From: Gammaproteobacteria bacterium | GTDB taxonomy: Bacteria; Pseudomonadota; Gammaproteobacteria; JAJFKG01 | Length of the DNA stretch: 64,000 nucleotides | Direction of reading: 5' to 3' | NCBI GenBank assembly: GCA_965116795.1 | Contig: OZ220716.1 | Location: forward strand, 1,194,503-1,258,502 | Shown: one piece after another, positions 62,839 to 64,000 of the stretch | How the letters are laid out: each line of letters starts with the position of its first letter | Position numbering within the stretch: the first letter of the stretch is position 1 | The notes under the pieces: model-generated | What the model was told of the DNA's origin: nothing | Database searches by the model: none | The model's input: only the letters and a program-made list of their open reading frames with translations | Translations under genes and position numbers: made by a program

Positions 62839-63713
62839 GTGCGCCACGAGGCGCTGTGTTAGCTAGTGGTTGAAAGTACCGCCGGTGAAGTGGAGCCCAC
62901 CACACACCGTACTGAGTCTTGGGCGAGCTGTGGTAACACAGTTGGTTAAGCGTAGATAGGGAGATATTAGGCCGTAGGCATAAGCCGAAGTGATTGAGCC
63001 TCGTAATATACTTCTTTGGAGTGGTCGATGGTGTACTCAAGCCAGAAGACAACATTGTACATGACGAAAATGGGAAGCCATGTGCAATACTCCCGGGGTC
63101 GGAGAGCATGGCATGATATTAAAGCAATACAGTGAACGTGGGAGATCCTGATTATTCGCAAAGGAAAGCGTATTAGGCAACAAGCGTAAAAGCAAGGCGT
63201 CTGAAAAGATAACCAGGAAGTCAGAGGAGGCATACTATTGAAGAAGATGGGTAATGCCATTGGAGAGAAGGCCTCCAGGCAAGCAACACCTTGAGAGGGA
63301 AACGTGATGAGAACAGCAGATTCTCAATTAACAACGGCAACGCAACTTGAGAGGATAGCTTGGTTGTCCGCGCAAGATAAGATGAAGATATTTAGCAATT
63401 AATGCGGGATGTCAAAGTCGATTACTTGCGGGCATGTTACCCCCTGTTGGATGGAAGACAGCAACAGGAGTAAGTGGGATGACAAAGGAGCAATATGATA
63501 AACGAGTTTATCATCGGCTTTTTTTGAGTTCACAATCGGTGAAACGGAGTTTGTCGTGAGCCCATTGCCTTAATAGGGCACGATGTGGATCTAACGAGGG
63601 GCTGGGGTACAAGTGAACTATGAGCAAGATAATTTGACACCATCGTAGGAAACGAGATGGAAACAGTGAAAACGAACTTTGCTCTAAGGTGTACGAGGAA
63701 CCAGTCTACTCAC
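62839..63713 (+). mobile_element. Group II intron (class E-like) with internally deleted, degenerate RT ORF
   Basis: 5' GTGCG; DI/DIII motifs. RT remnant ATQLERIAWLS...GMTKEQY. DV GAGCCCATTGCCTTAATAGGGCACGATGTGGATC. 3' end CTACTCAC. Confidence 0.85.
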
Positions 63714-63737
63714 TCAATTGTGAGAGAAGGGGTTTCA

Positions 63738-63824
63738 ATGACAACGCGGTATCTGAATCCGAAAAACGACTTGATTTTCGTGCAGTGGGAGGTTGGCCTA
63801 AAGCCTCAGATTTCGACAAGTTGA
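63738..63824 (+). pseudogene. 5' stub of a second rpn gene
   Basis: aaggggtttcaATG, MTTRYLNPKNDLIF matches the start of the 13309 gene, then similarity is lost. Confidence 0.8.
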
Positions 63825-63882
63825 TGTAGAAGTGTTACGCTTTAAACTTTAGCACTGATTAATGATGCGGAGGTAAATCGCT

Positions 63883-64000
63883 ATGACAGCCAAGAATCCA
63901 CGAGTGAATGTGACATTTGATGAGAAAGCAGCAGGATTACTGGCTGAGCTTGCTGAGCAAGAGGATAAGTCGCTGTCGAGTTTGGTTCGAGAATTGGCTT
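63883..64000 (+). CDS. Ribbon-helix-helix (CopG/RelB-like) antitoxin or regulator, truncated by window end
   Basis: RBS GGAGG; PRVNVTF beta-strand, then LAELAEQEDKSLSSLVREL helices. Confidence 0.7.
   Translation, partial: MTAKNPRVNVTFDEKAAGLLAELAEQEDKSLSSLVRELA

Noticed and set aside
63300-63530. RT remnant as a retron or DGR
   Set aside because: It lies within group II intron RNA domains, has lost the catalytic core, and no TR/VR pair or msr-msd was seen.

Overview
The window appears to come from a host-associated bacterium. The inference is an amoeba or protist symbiont of Legionellales/Coxiellales type, based on its dense set of eukaryote-like proteins with Glu/Ser-rich tails. It has three parts. 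(1) 1-20.7 kb is an island of eukaryote-like genes. It holds two SH3-domain TKL kinases, an MLKL-N-domain/kinase/Sel1 protein, and a second MLKL-N-domain protein coupled to a NACHT-HEAT NLR. It also holds Ank and GNAT proteins and an rpn gene. Two identical IS5 copies appear to have rearranged it by a Tn10-style deletion-inversion that split the NLR. (2) About 21-54.8 kb is a lambda/WO-like prophage with a serine recombinase, cos site, head, tail and lysis genes, but no recognisable replication or repressor module. It carries an IS1111 whose bridge-RNA guides are readable, an IS66 with convergent tnpC, an RCC1 tail protein and three paralogous monocistronic cassettes. (3) 54.8-64 kb holds a 2400-aa WD40/Sel1/2xPI-kinase-like/Ank/LRR protein, an internally deleted group II intron in an rpn promoter, and the start of an RHH antitoxin gene. 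The best candidate for a new system is a necroptosis/HET-S-like toolkit. The MLKL-like protein has two beta-rich pseudo-repeats and the adjacent NLR has one matching N-terminal copy, alongside a repeated SH3-kinase plus MLKL-kinase operon. All domain calls are from motif recognition by eye; no searches were run.
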